Positions 10,116 through 19,084 of a stretch of DNA of 64,000 nt are shown piece after piece; positions within the stretch are counted from its first letter, which is position 1; every line of letters starts with the position of its first letter. The position numbers and the translations under genes were made by a program. Source of the DNA: an uncultured bacterium (GTDB lineage Bacteria > Zixibacteria > MSB-5A5 > GN15 > FEB-12). Where the stretch lies: contig CBDVDR010000001.1 of assembly GCA_965372795.1 (NCBI GenBank), positions 192,001-256,000 of the forward strand. Reading direction: 5' to 3'. The notes beneath the pieces were generated by a model. The model saw only the letters and a program-made list of their open reading frames with translations, did not search any database and was not told where the DNA came from.

Positions 10116-10144
10116 ATTTTAACATAATGGGTTCGATACGTCAA
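10116..10144 (-). promoter_or_regulatory. Sigma70-type promoter for the TSP3 gene
   Basis: TTGACG-N17-TAAAAT with an extended -10 TG. Confidence 0.6.
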
Positions 10145-10309
10145 GCAATAATTTATGTAGATCAATTTTAAGGGTTGACAAAAAGCTAAATATTCTTATT
10201 TTATAGTTAGTCAGAGTTACATTCATTTTACTATACCTTTGTGGAGATACTAATATAACACCTTAGTTAAGTGGTTTTAAATTTTTTTAATTTAAGAAGG
10301 GAACGAGTT

Positions 10310-11230
10310 ATGTCCTTTAACCACCGTATGAATCGCATTCTTTTTCAATCATTTTTTATTCTTTTAACATTAATTATTTGCTCACCTACCAACGCACAGT
10401 TTGTAGATATTGAATTAACAGTTGGGGATATTACAACATATCCGGGTGAAACAGATGTATTAATTCCAATTTATTTGAAGAACTATAGACATGATATCGC
10501 TGGATTTCAGTTTTGGCTTCAGAATAGTAATCCTTCAATTTTGGAATATAATTTGAGTTTCGAATCTGTCGGAACATTAACAGAGCCATGGAATACAAAT
10601 ACCCATTCGTTGGGTGGGTATAATCAAGATATTCTTATAACTTCTATTAGTCCCATACCTTTTACCGATCTAATAGAACCACAGCTTGGTGTGTTACCTT
10701 TAATTTATATAAAGGTCGATATATTTGATCTTCCCGATACCATGTCAGAGCGAGTAGTTGACTTAATCATCAACACTGATTTCATCGATCATTTTAGTTT
10801 TTCAGATCAATATGGAAATTTAATTGGAGTCGATCAAATTGAAGTTGAAGACACATCCTTTTATGTATGTGATGTTTGGTCTGGTAGTGAGTGCCTTTCA
10901 TGGTCACAAATCCAAGGTCCCCTTTCAGCCGCTGATTCTATTTCAATTGAAACTAAATTGGTTGCAACTTTGAATCTCGATAAAGTAATTGTTACTAATG
11001 GTTCGGTTACGGTGCTGGCAAATTATATTTGCGGTGACATAAATGGTTCTCTAAAGATTAATATTTCTGATTTAACATATTTTGTTAATTATCTTTTTGC
11101 TGGAGGTGATGCCCCTCCAATATTAGCAGCCGCTGATTGTGATGGCGATGGAGAAATGACAATTTCGGATTTAACCTGTTTTGTCTGCTACATGTTTGAT
11201 GGCTGCCCTGACCCGTTATGCGGTAAATAA
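10310..11230 (+). CDS. Secreted cohesin-like plus dockerin-like protein
   Basis: Signal peptide ending TNA-Q; ELTVGDITTYPGETDVLIPIYLKN...IAGFQF resembles a cohesin start; NGSVTV end; CGDINGS..NISDLT / ADCDGDG..TISDLT dockerin-like pair. Confidence 0.65.
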   Translation: MSFNHRMNRILFQSFFILLTLIICSPTNAQFVDIELTVGDITTYPGETDVLIPIYLKNYRHDIAGFQFWLQNSNPSILEYNLSFESVGTLTEPWNTNTHSLGGYNQDILITSISPIPFTDLIEPQLGVLPLIYIKVDIFDLPDTMSERVVDLIINTDFIDHFSFSDQYGNLIGVDQIEVEDTSFYVCDVWSGSECLSWSQIQGPLSAADSISIETKLVATLNLDKVIVTNGSVTVLANYICGDINGSLKINISDLTYFVNYLFAGGDAPPILAAADCDGDGEMTISDLTCFVCYMFDGCPDPLCGK

Positions 11231-11246
11231 CTTTTTATTAAAAATA

Positions 11247-11290
11247 TATTTTCAATCATCTCAAAACTACAATTGAGATGATTGAAAATA
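11247..11290. repeat. Perfect 18-bp inverted repeat (terminator-like)
   Basis: TATTTTCAATCATCTCAA-8 nt-TTGAGATGATTGAAAATA, 16 nt after the stop. Confidence 0.75.
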
Positions 11291-11509
11291 ATAGTAAGTT
11301 AACCCACTACTCAAATTACATTTAAATCATATTCTAAAAACTTCACCTAATTATACCCATAGTTGTTTGTATCTCATTCGGCTGATATAAACTGAGATTT
11401 GCGAAAAGCCGATAGAAACCATCAAATAAATCAGACGAAGTCTGCTTGACTCCAAATAAATTCTTTATCATCTTATCTTAAAGATAAATTCAATAGTCCG
11501 GGAGCTCAA

Positions 11510-13672
11510 ATGAATCATAAAAAAGTTGTATTAATCGTTTTCTTTACAGTTCTACTCTGCGTAGTTTCAATATCCTTTTTATCATCCTGTTCACAAAAAA
11601 CTGATAATTCTCCCCCCATAGCCAAAATTGTTCCCTGGGCAGATACCATTTTTAATGATATTCGCAATGATAATTATTATTGGTTGAAAGAGAAACAGAA
11701 CCCCGAAGTAATTTCTTACCTTGAAGCTGAGAATAATTATACTAACAATTTGATGGCTCATACCGAACCGCTTCAGGAAAAACTATACAATGAAATGGTT
11801 GCCCGAATCAAGGAGACCGACCTCTCGGTTCCAATTCTACTTGGTGACTATTACTACTATTATCGTACCGAAGAAGGCAAACAGTATCGAATTTATTGTC
11901 GCAAAAAAGGAAGCCTTGAAGCCGATGAAGAAATTCTATTAAACCTTAATGAATTAGCCGTTGGTAAAAACTATCTCGATCTTGGTGCTTATAAAATCAG
12001 TCCTGATCAAAAGATGTTAGGTTACTCAATTGATGAAGACGGTTCGGAAGAATATACCATATATTTTAAAAACCTCGAAACCGGCGAATTGTTAACTGAT
12101 CAAATTACTTCAACCTACTATGCCCTTGAATGGGCTAATGACAACAAAACAATTTTTTATACAACGATGGATCATGCCAAGAGACCGGACAAACTACATC
12201 GCCACATACTGGGCACATCTCAGAGTGATGATCAACTTATATATCAGGAACAGGATGAAAAATTCTGGCTTTATATTTCAAAAACCAAGAGTAAACAATA
12301 TCTATTCTTAACTCTTGAAAGTAATGTCACATCTGAAGTTCGTTATCTCAAGTCTAACAATCCAACGGGAAAATTCAGAACTATTCATCCCCGCCAACAG
12401 GATATGGAATATTCTGTTTATCACCATGCTAAAAAATTCTATATTCGCACTAATGATGAAGCGATTAATTTTAAACTTATGGAAGTTGCCGTAAGGAATC
12501 CTGCCAAAAAATACTGGAAGGAAACTATTGCTCACACTGAACCAATAATGCTTTCCGGCATTGATATGTTTAAAGATCACATGGTGGTTTACGAACGTAA
12601 TAACGGTTTAACTAAAATCAGAATTCGAAATTTTATTAACAATGATGAATATTATATCGAGTTCCCTGAACCGGTGTTTACAGTTTATGGCACTTCTAAC
12701 CATGAATTTAATACGAATAAATTACGCTTTTCCTATATGTCAATGGTGACTCCGAAATCGGTTTATGATTACGACATGTCTGACAAAAGCCGGAATCTAT
12801 TAAAACAGACTGAAGTCCTTGGCGGATACAACCCTGAATACTATCAATCGGAACGAATTTTTGCAAAAGCATCAGATGGTACTTTGATACCGATTTCATT
12901 AGTTTATAAAAAAAGAACCGGAGTCGATAAAGATAGGATTAATAAAGACGGTGACAATTGTCTCTGGCTATATGGTTATGGTTCCTATGGATCGAGTATG
13001 GATCCTTATTTTTCCTCGAATAGAATCTCTTTACTTGATCGAAATATGATTTACGCAATTGCTCATGTCCGAGGCGGCGGTGAAATGGGGCGGCGCTGGT
13101 ATGAACAGGGAAAATATTTAAATAAGAAAAACACTTTTACAGATTTCATCGCTTGTGCTGAACATTTAGTAAAAGAAAAATATACCAAACCTGAAAAAAT
13201 GGTTGCAAGTGGCGGTTCTGCCGGCGGGCTGCTTATGGGAGCGGTATTGAATATGCGCTCTGATCTTTTTAAAGCGGCAATTGCGGCAGTTCCATTTGTG
13301 GATGTTGTTACTACGATGCTCGATTCAACAATCCCGCTAACTGTTACGGAATTTGAAGAATGGGGTAATCCATACAATGAGGACTTTTACTGGTATATGA
13401 AATCATATTCCCCTTATGACAATGTAAAGCTGCAGCCTTATACAAATATTTTGATAACCGCCGGTCTGAATGATCCCCGGGTACAATACTGGGAACCCGC
13501 CAAATGGACAGCGAAACTTCGGGCTGCTAAAACCGATGATAACCGCCTCCTTTTAAAAACTAATATGGGTGCAGGACATATGGGCTATTCGGGAAGATAC
13601 GATTATTTAAAAGATGTCGCTTTCAGAGATGCTTTTATGCTTGATATGCTTGGCATGCTTGAGACCAAATAA
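11510..13672 (+). CDS. ptrB: Oligopeptidase B (S9A), possibly a lipoprotein
   Basis: DNYYWL, YGYGSYG, HVRGGGEMG, GGSAGG nucleophile, NDPRV, GAGH; lipobox-like LSSC. Confidence 0.92.
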   Translation: MNHKKVVLIVFFTVLLCVVSISFLSSCSQKTDNSPPIAKIVPWADTIFNDIRNDNYYWLKEKQNPEVISYLEAENNYTNNLMAHTEPLQEKLYNEMVARIKETDLSVPILLGDYYYYYRTEEGKQYRIYCRKKGSLEADEEILLNLNELAVGKNYLDLGAYKISPDQKMLGYSIDEDGSEEYTIYFKNLETGELLTDQITSTYYALEWANDNKTIFYTTMDHAKRPDKLHRHILGTSQSDDQLIYQEQDEKFWLYISKTKSKQYLFLTLESNVTSEVRYLKSNNPTGKFRTIHPRQQDMEYSVYHHAKKFYIRTNDEAINFKLMEVAVRNPAKKYWKETIAHTEPIMLSGIDMFKDHMVVYERNNGLTKIRIRNFINNDEYYIEFPEPVFTVYGTSNHEFNTNKLRFSYMSMVTPKSVYDYDMSDKSRNLLKQTEVLGGYNPEYYQSERIFAKASDGTLIPISLVYKKRTGVDKDRINKDGDNCLWLYGYGSYGSSMDPYFSSNRISLLDRNMIYAIAHVRGGGEMGRRWYEQGKYLNKKNTFTDFIACAEHLVKEKYTKPEKMVASGGSAGGLLMGAVLNMRSDLFKAAIAAVPFVDVVTTMLDSTIPLTVTEFEEWGNPYNEDFYWYMKSYSPYDNVKLQPYTNILITAGLNDPRVQYWEPAKWTAKLRAAKTDDNRLLLKTNMGAGHMGYSGRYDYLKDVAFRDAFMLDMLGMLETK

Positions 13673-13697
13673 TAATATTATATCCATAATCATATTT

Positions 13698-13728
13698 AAA
13701 AAAACCTGCTGATTTTGCAGGTTTTTTT
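13698..13728 (+). terminator. Intrinsic terminator
   Basis: AAAAAAACCTGC-TGATTTT-GCAGGTTTTTTT. Confidence 0.8.
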
Positions 13729-13889
13729 ATTGTACAACAACGACTTACGACAACATTGATAATCAACTGAATGTTTCATAAAAACTTATTTATCCAAAAA
13801 GTGACTATATCACTCAAGAAATCGCTTGCAATTCACGAAATATAATGTAAATTGTGAAACTGATTTCAGAAAAGGAGTTAATTAGACCG

Positions 13890-14111
13890 ATGGCTAAAAT
13901 TTGTGATATTTGTGGAAAAAAACCACTATTTGGAAATAATGTTTCCCACGCCAAAAACATTACTAAACGGCGCTGGAATCCAAACCTACAATCAGTTAAA
14001 GCTCTTGTAGGAGGCAATCCAAAACGGTTAAAAGTATGTACTTCCTGTCTTAAAGCAGGTAAAGTTATAAAAAATGTCCGGAAGAAAAGCGTTAATCAGG
14101 CAACCGCTTGA
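13890..14111 (+). CDS. rpmB: 50S ribosomal protein L28 (Zn-binding form)
   Basis: [18 protein letters not shown]...[10 protein letters not shown]...[15 protein letters not shown]. Confidence 0.96.
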   Translation: MAKICDICGKKPLFGNNVSHAKNITKRRWNPNLQSVKALVGGNPKRLKVCTSCLKAGKVIKNVRKKSVNQATA

Positions 14112-14130
14112 TTGTAGAAAATTATCTTTT

Positions 14131-14192
14131 AAACCGCTCTTTTGAGCGGTTTTTTTTATAAAAAAAACCGCCGGGGGGAGCAACCCGACGGT
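14131..14192. terminator. Back-to-back terminators of rpmB (+) and flagellin (-)
   Basis: ACCGCTC-TTTT-GAGCGGT-T run (+); ACCGTCGGG-TTGCTCCC-CCCGGCGGT-T run (-). Confidence 0.8.
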
Positions 14193-14238
14193 CCAACAAA
14201 ATTGCTATCCTATAGCAAAAAGGGGGAGGTGGTTTTGA

Positions 14239-15006
14239 TTAACTTTTCAAGAGCGATAAAACAGAATTTCCCAGAATATTTGAATGAGACATCAAAGCTA
14301 TTGTCATTTGCAATTTAATACTCTGCCTCACTAAATCTGAATATTTTTCAGCGATATCCGTATCCCTGATATGAGATTCAGCAGCAATTAGATTTTGCTG
14401 AGTGATTTCAAGTGATGATCTTGAGGTTAGAAGTTCATATTTTTGAATACTCCCAATATTGACTTGAACCGAATCAATCTCTCTTATTTTCTGATCAATG
14501 ACTTCAAGAGCTTCCGCAGCTCCTGTTTCTGAAGTTAGGTCTATTCCTTCCAATGATGAGACCTCAGCAATCGAACTTTCACTCCCATCAAGAAGTTTCA
14601 AATTGTTAAATTCGGCATTATCAATCTGATTATTATAAGTGGAAACCAAACTACTTGCTTCAGCATCAATGGCGGCTAAAGAATTTTCATCATGAACACC
14701 GCTGTTTGAAGCTGAAACCGCAAGAGTTCTCATGGCGGTGAGATGAGTACGAAGTTCACTTACGGCCGATGAAGCTGTCTCATATTTAGCAATTCGTAAT
14801 GAAGTATTATCAAGCTGCTGGTTCAGAGATGCAATTTGGGTTCTCAATCGTTCTGAAATTACCAGTGCCGCCGGTCCGTCAGAAGCATTATTTATATTCC
14901 AACCCGAAGATAGTTTTTCCATAGTTGAATAAATATCCCGGCTTATCAAACCGGAAATTCTGAACAGATTTGAACTATCCAAGTTGTAATTAATTGTAAG
15001 ACCCAT
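14239..15006 (-). CDS. Minimal flagellin-family protein (255 aa, N and C domains only)
   Basis: INYN, EKLSSGWNINNASD, FNNLKLLDGS, QQNLIAAESHIRDTDIA, VLSLL; AAGGAGG SD before ATG 15006. Confidence 0.85.
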   Translation of the reverse strand: MGLTINYNLDSSNLFRISGLISRDIYSTMEKLSSGWNINNASDGPAALVISERLRTQIASLNQQLDNTSLRIAKYETASSAVSELRTHLTAMRTLAVSASNSGVHDENSLAAIDAEASSLVSTYNNQIDNAEFNNLKLLDGSESSIAEVSSLEGIDLTSETGAAEALEVIDQKIREIDSVQVNIGSIQKYELLTSRSSLEITQQNLIAAESHIRDTDIAEKYSDLVRQSIKLQMTIALMSHSNILGNSVLSLLKS

Positions 15007-15216
15007 TAAACCTCCTTGCCGGACATCATGGGTAATGTCCATTCTCTTAAATATAAAGCAGAGAATATGCCGACGGTTACAATTCAAAATAATGGTTCAT
15101 ATCCGTTGACAGCCGACCGGTTACAAGACTAAATGAATTACTTGAGATCAAATTCTTTACTAAAAATATAGTCTCTCCCCCATACTGTATGGGATGAAAG
15201 AGCAGTTTAATGTTCA

Positions 15217-15305
15217 GTTTGAGTAGGTCGAAACCCCCGCGCTCCTGACGAATTGGCAGAACCGCTAAAGGCTAATAGTCCGCTAAAGGCGGGGTTCTGC
15301 CCTAA
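15217..15305. repeat. Inverted pair of GTAG-type REP-like palindromes (REPIN-like)
   Basis: GTTTGAGTAGGTC...GCTCCTGAC (+) facing TTAGGGCAGAACC...GGTTCTGCC (-); close relative at 47194-47267. Confidence 0.65.
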
Positions 15306-15501
15306 GAATACTTTGTGCAGCATCAACCGGGTAGTAGCTAGTTCATAGCGGGAACTTATCATACTAACCAGATCAATTTAATATAATCTACAACAGTGTC
15401 ATTATTGTCACTAAATATATTTAAATGTAATCGATGAAAAACATTTGACTTTAATTGTAGATGTTCTTTTTTATTACAATAAGATTACGCATTGGGATTA
15501 T

Positions 15502-17298
15502 ATGAAATTTTATGTAGACATGATTACAGATTGCTTTTTCAGTTATACTCAAGTAGTGGTTATTGTGTGTTTTATTAGCACAATAGGCTTAACCGGATGC
15601 TTGCAAAATCCACATTTTTTAAAAAAACCTCTTACCGCTGAAGAAAAGAAGCTTAAACAAAAAGACTTCACTACTGAATTTGGGGATGTTGTTTATCTTA
15701 AAAGTTGGGGTGAGAAATATACACAAGACGTCTATAAAAATGAAAATGGCGTGCGATGTCAAGAAGCTGCTTTTTTTAGGATTCGCTATGAAATGTTAAA
15801 AATGCTTGCAGAAAATCACGGGGCTGGTTCTCCTGTCTGGAAACTTTACCACGAGCTTAGAGCTAGCAATATTATAATTGATTCTGCAAAAGTAGAAAAT
15901 ATTTACGAAAATGCTTTTAGTAATGTGAAAACAAAATTTGGAAAAGGTAATTTTCTTGATGATGAACTTTTTGAAATCGCAGAAAAGATAAGATACAGCC
16001 GGGATCTCTATAACAATCCATGGGACTCCAATATGGGCAAGAATGATATGTTTAGCAGGCTTTTAAACTTGGGAGTTCCGGAAGTAAATACGCTTAATGA
16101 CAGCTTAACAGTATTTGAATTTCCAAACGGACAAATTTATCTTTGTAAATTGGATGAAGCCACAAGAAATTATTTAATAATCCCCAGTCCTGTTAATGAC
16201 ATCATTCAGGATATAGATATGATTAAATATACTATTGAAGATCATTCTTTGGCTACAGTTATTCCACCACAAATTCCGGATAATATTAAAGAAGCCAATG
16301 AACAGTTAAAAAAATGGGAAGGTAAAGTTATAATTGAAGATAAAGAACCTTTGCCCGTCCAGACGTTACATGTTATGCATCCTCATGGAACTCCTGATTC
16401 TTCTGATATTTGGAATAAAGTTGGGCTAAATTCTATTTTATATTTTAGATTAGACCAAATCAATCCTCAAAAAAAAGACTCGCTTCATTTAACTATGGAG
16501 ACTCTTATCAATCCGTTAGGGTTTGAAGATACTTTGATTTATAAAAAAGTAGATACTTTTTATAACGTAAAAGCTCTTGACCCTACCCAGCCTCTCAAAA
16601 TAATATTATCGGGCGGTGATTTCCACACAATAAAATCTGGAAATTCCCTTGAAGATATTGGATTTTCAAAATATAAAATAAGCACCAAGATGATTTCCTA
16701 TGAGGGAGAAATTATAAATTCTACCTTTTTCACTCTGCCAAATTCTGATATTCAAACTCCTGTCTTTGAAATGTATCGGGTAAATGCAACAGACTATGTT
16801 TTAGGTAGAGAATTAAACGAAGGTGATATAATTATTTTACGTATCCCAGTAAGCTCTGCTTTTTCAATTCCTAATAATAAGGGAGTTGAGATTTACTCAA
16901 GTTTTATTTCTCTTTACTGGGAGCCTGAAAAATTACCAAAAAAAAAGAAAGAGGAAATTTCAGTTGGGGATATAGAAGTTCTTAGTTGGGAGACAGGTAA
17001 GATTTCACAAAACAGTTTAACAGAAAACCTGGAAGACATTTTAGCCAATAAAGACTCGGTTGACATTATAACTCCTGTCCTTCTTCATAATTACACAGTA
17101 TCTCCTAAAAGTTTACAACAAAATATCATTTATAGCACTCTCAGATCATATTTTGAAGATGTTTCTGTCATTGTTCCTAATAATATTAAATTCAGAGGGG
17201 CTGGTATTTTGAGGGCAAAAGTTATCAGTTATGATTATGAACAAAAAAAAGAAGTCATTATTAATGAAGCAAAGATAAGAGTTTTTATCAATTATTGA
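15502..17298 (+). CDS. Hypothetical lipoprotein, possible remote GWxTD-like segment
   Basis: Long AT-rich ORF; hydrophobic stretch ending LTG-C lipobox; start uncertain. Confidence 0.6.
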   Translation: MKFYVDMITDCFFSYTQVVVIVCFISTIGLTGCLQNPHFLKKPLTAEEKKLKQKDFTTEFGDVVYLKSWGEKYTQDVYKNENGVRCQEAAFFRIRYEMLKMLAENHGAGSPVWKLYHELRASNIIIDSAKVENIYENAFSNVKTKFGKGNFLDDELFEIAEKIRYSRDLYNNPWDSNMGKNDMFSRLLNLGVPEVNTLNDSLTVFEFPNGQIYLCKLDEATRNYLIIPSPVNDIIQDIDMIKYTIEDHSLATVIPPQIPDNIKEANEQLKKWEGKVIIEDKEPLPVQTLHVMHPHGTPDSSDIWNKVGLNSILYFRLDQINPQKKDSLHLTMETLINPLGFEDTLIYKKVDTFYNVKALDPTQPLKIILSGGDFHTIKSGNSLEDIGFSKYKISTKMISYEGEIINSTFFTLPNSDIQTPVFEMYRVNATDYVLGRELNEGDIIILRIPVSSAFSIPNNKGVEIYSSFISLYWEPEKLPKKKKEEISVGDIEVLSWETGKISQNSLTENLEDILANKDSVDIITPVLLHNYTVSPKSLQQNIIYSTLRSYFEDVSVIVPNNIKFRGAGILRAKVISYDYEQKKEVIINEAKIRVFINY

Positions 17299-17439
17299 GA
17301 AAGTAATTTAGTTCAATTTTAAATATTCTTCATTTATTGAAAACAGTTCATGAAATTGTTTGTTACGAGAAGCAGAAGTAATTTGGTAAACTTATTATTG
17401 TAGGAATATTTATAATATTCTTTCTCACACAGAACATAT

Positions 17440-17563
17440 CACCCCAAACAAGTTTGAAGGTGCCACCCTTAAAAAGAGATTGCTTCGCTTTGCTCGAGAT
17501 GACTTTTATCTTTATGGATTTGATTCCCCCTAGATCAGTTCTCTTTCCTCTTCGAGACCTGAC
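17440..17563. repeat. Cluster of three REP-like palindromes
   Basis: CACCCCAAACAAGTTTGAAGGTGCCACC; GAGATTGCTTCGCTTTGCTCGAGATGAC (reverse-complement relative of 47951-47977); degenerate TAGATCAGTTCTC...GAGACCTGAC. Confidence 0.5.
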
Positions 17564-17610
17564 CAGTACAAATAATTCTATTTGTTACAGGAATGATATG
17601 ATTGATAAAT

Positions 17611-17646
17611 AAAAATGCCGCTGGCAGGGTAGTTAAGCCAGCGGCA
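17611..17646 (-). terminator. Terminator downstream of ftsZ
   Basis: TGCCGCTGGC-11 nt-GCCAGCGGCA-TTTTT, perfect 10-bp stem. Confidence 0.8.
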
Positions 17647-17769
17647 CTCTGGAGGAACCGATTTTATAGGAATCAGTTCAAAAACCTTTTACATAAAAAA
17701 TGTTTATCTTTTTAAATCCTCCCAATTATTAATAAATCTGTTTATGTTCACTTAATTATTCTTTCTAAA

Positions 17770-19056
17770 CTAATTATCTTCTAATCGACGAATGTACGCC
17801 GGGATAGTACGATCTTCACCGGAGAACATCGGGATTCTGTTTCGATTCACATTTTCCGAAACAGTATTTGTACCAATGTTGTTACTTTTACCAATCAATC
17901 TATTATGCGTTTCTTCACTTTGAATATTATTTGTCATAGGAGCGAAAACATCGGTCGGTTCAGATATTGGAACTTCAGCTTTAAACGCCATTACTGTTTG
18001 TTCGGTTGTGAGAGATTCCGGGTTTGTAGGATTGGTTTGTTGTTGTTCTGTCACAGACTTATTCGCAACGATGGTTTCTTCATGCGAATTAAATCCGGTA
18101 GCAATCACAGTAACCTGCATTTTTCCGGTCATTGTCGGATCAATTACAGCACCGAATATTATATTAGCATCTTCGCCGGCTGTTTCATAAATTTCTGAAG
18201 TTGCAGTGTTAACATCAAATAAAGTCATATCTTCACCACCGGTTACATTGATAAGCACCCCTTTAGCGCCACTTATAGAGACATCCTGGAGCAGCGGTGA
18301 CTTGATCGCTTTGCTGGCTGCATCGATAGCCCGTTCTTCACCTTCGCCATAGCCGGAGCCCATAATAGCATCACCCCGCTCAAGCATCACAGTACGAACA
18401 TCAGCAAAATCACAGTTGATAAGTCCGGGGATAGTAATCAAATCAGAAATACCTTTGGTAGCCTGATATAAAATTTCATCGGCAGTTGCAAAAGCATCGG
18501 TTAATTTTGTTTTCTTATCAACGATTTCCAATAATCTTTCATTCGGAATTGTAATCATTGTATCAGTAACATTGTAAAGTTCTTCTAAGCCCTGTATTGC
18601 TCTTTTAACTCGTTTCATACCTTCAAAACGAAACGGTTTTGTTATGATAGCAACTGTCAAGGCTCCGGATGCTTTAGCAATTTCAGCTATAATAGGAGCC
18701 GCACCTGTTCCGGTTCCACCACCCATACCGGCGGTAATAAAAACCATATTCGGTTTACCAATAGCTTCGATAACTTCCTGTCGACTCTCTTCAACAGCTT
18801 TCCGGCCAATATCCGGATTTGCACCCGCACCAAGACCTTCGGTTAGGGATCTTCCAATCTGAACCTTAGTCGGAGCTTTTGATTGATCCAATACCTGCGC
18901 ATCAGTATTGATCGCAATAAAATCTACCCCTTTCAATCCTGCTTCGATCATTCGGTTAACAGCGTTCCCTCCGCCGCCACCGACACCGATAACTTTTATT
19001 TTCGCATAATTTGTGAAATCGTCTGCGAATTTGAAGTTATGCTTTTCGTTTAACAT
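17770..19056 (-). CDS. ftsZ: Cell division protein FtsZ
   Basis: [25 protein letters not shown]-terminal IPAYIRR. Confidence 0.98.
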   Translation of the reverse strand: MLNEKHNFKFADDFTNYAKIKVIGVGGGGGNAVNRMIEAGLKGVDFIAINTDAQVLDQSKAPTKVQIGRSLTEGLGAGANPDIGRKAVEESRQEVIEAIGKPNMVFITAGMGGGTGTGAAPIIAEIAKASGALTVAIITKPFRFEGMKRVKRAIQGLEELYNVTDTMITIPNERLLEIVDKKTKLTDAFATADEILYQATKGISDLITIPGLINCDFADVRTVMLERGDAIMGSGYGEGEERAIDAASKAIKSPLLQDVSISGAKGVLINVTGGEDMTLFDVNTATSEIYETAGEDANIIFGAVIDPTMTGKMQVTVIATGFNSHEETIVANKSVTEQQQTNPTNPESLTTEQTVMAFKAEVPISEPTDVFAPMTNNIQSEETHNRLIGKSNNIGTNTVSENVNRNRIPMFSGEDRTIPAYIRRLEDN

Positions 19057-19084
19057 GTTGGTTCCTCCTTGACCTTCTCACATA

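Noticed and set aside
15200..15310. tRNA or riboswitch
   Set aside because: No cloverleaf or aptamer I recognise; better explained by the repeat family shared with 47.2 and 47.9 kb
17350..17403. 17-aa ORF MKLFVTRSRSNLVNLLL
   Set aside because: No SD and no recognisable features
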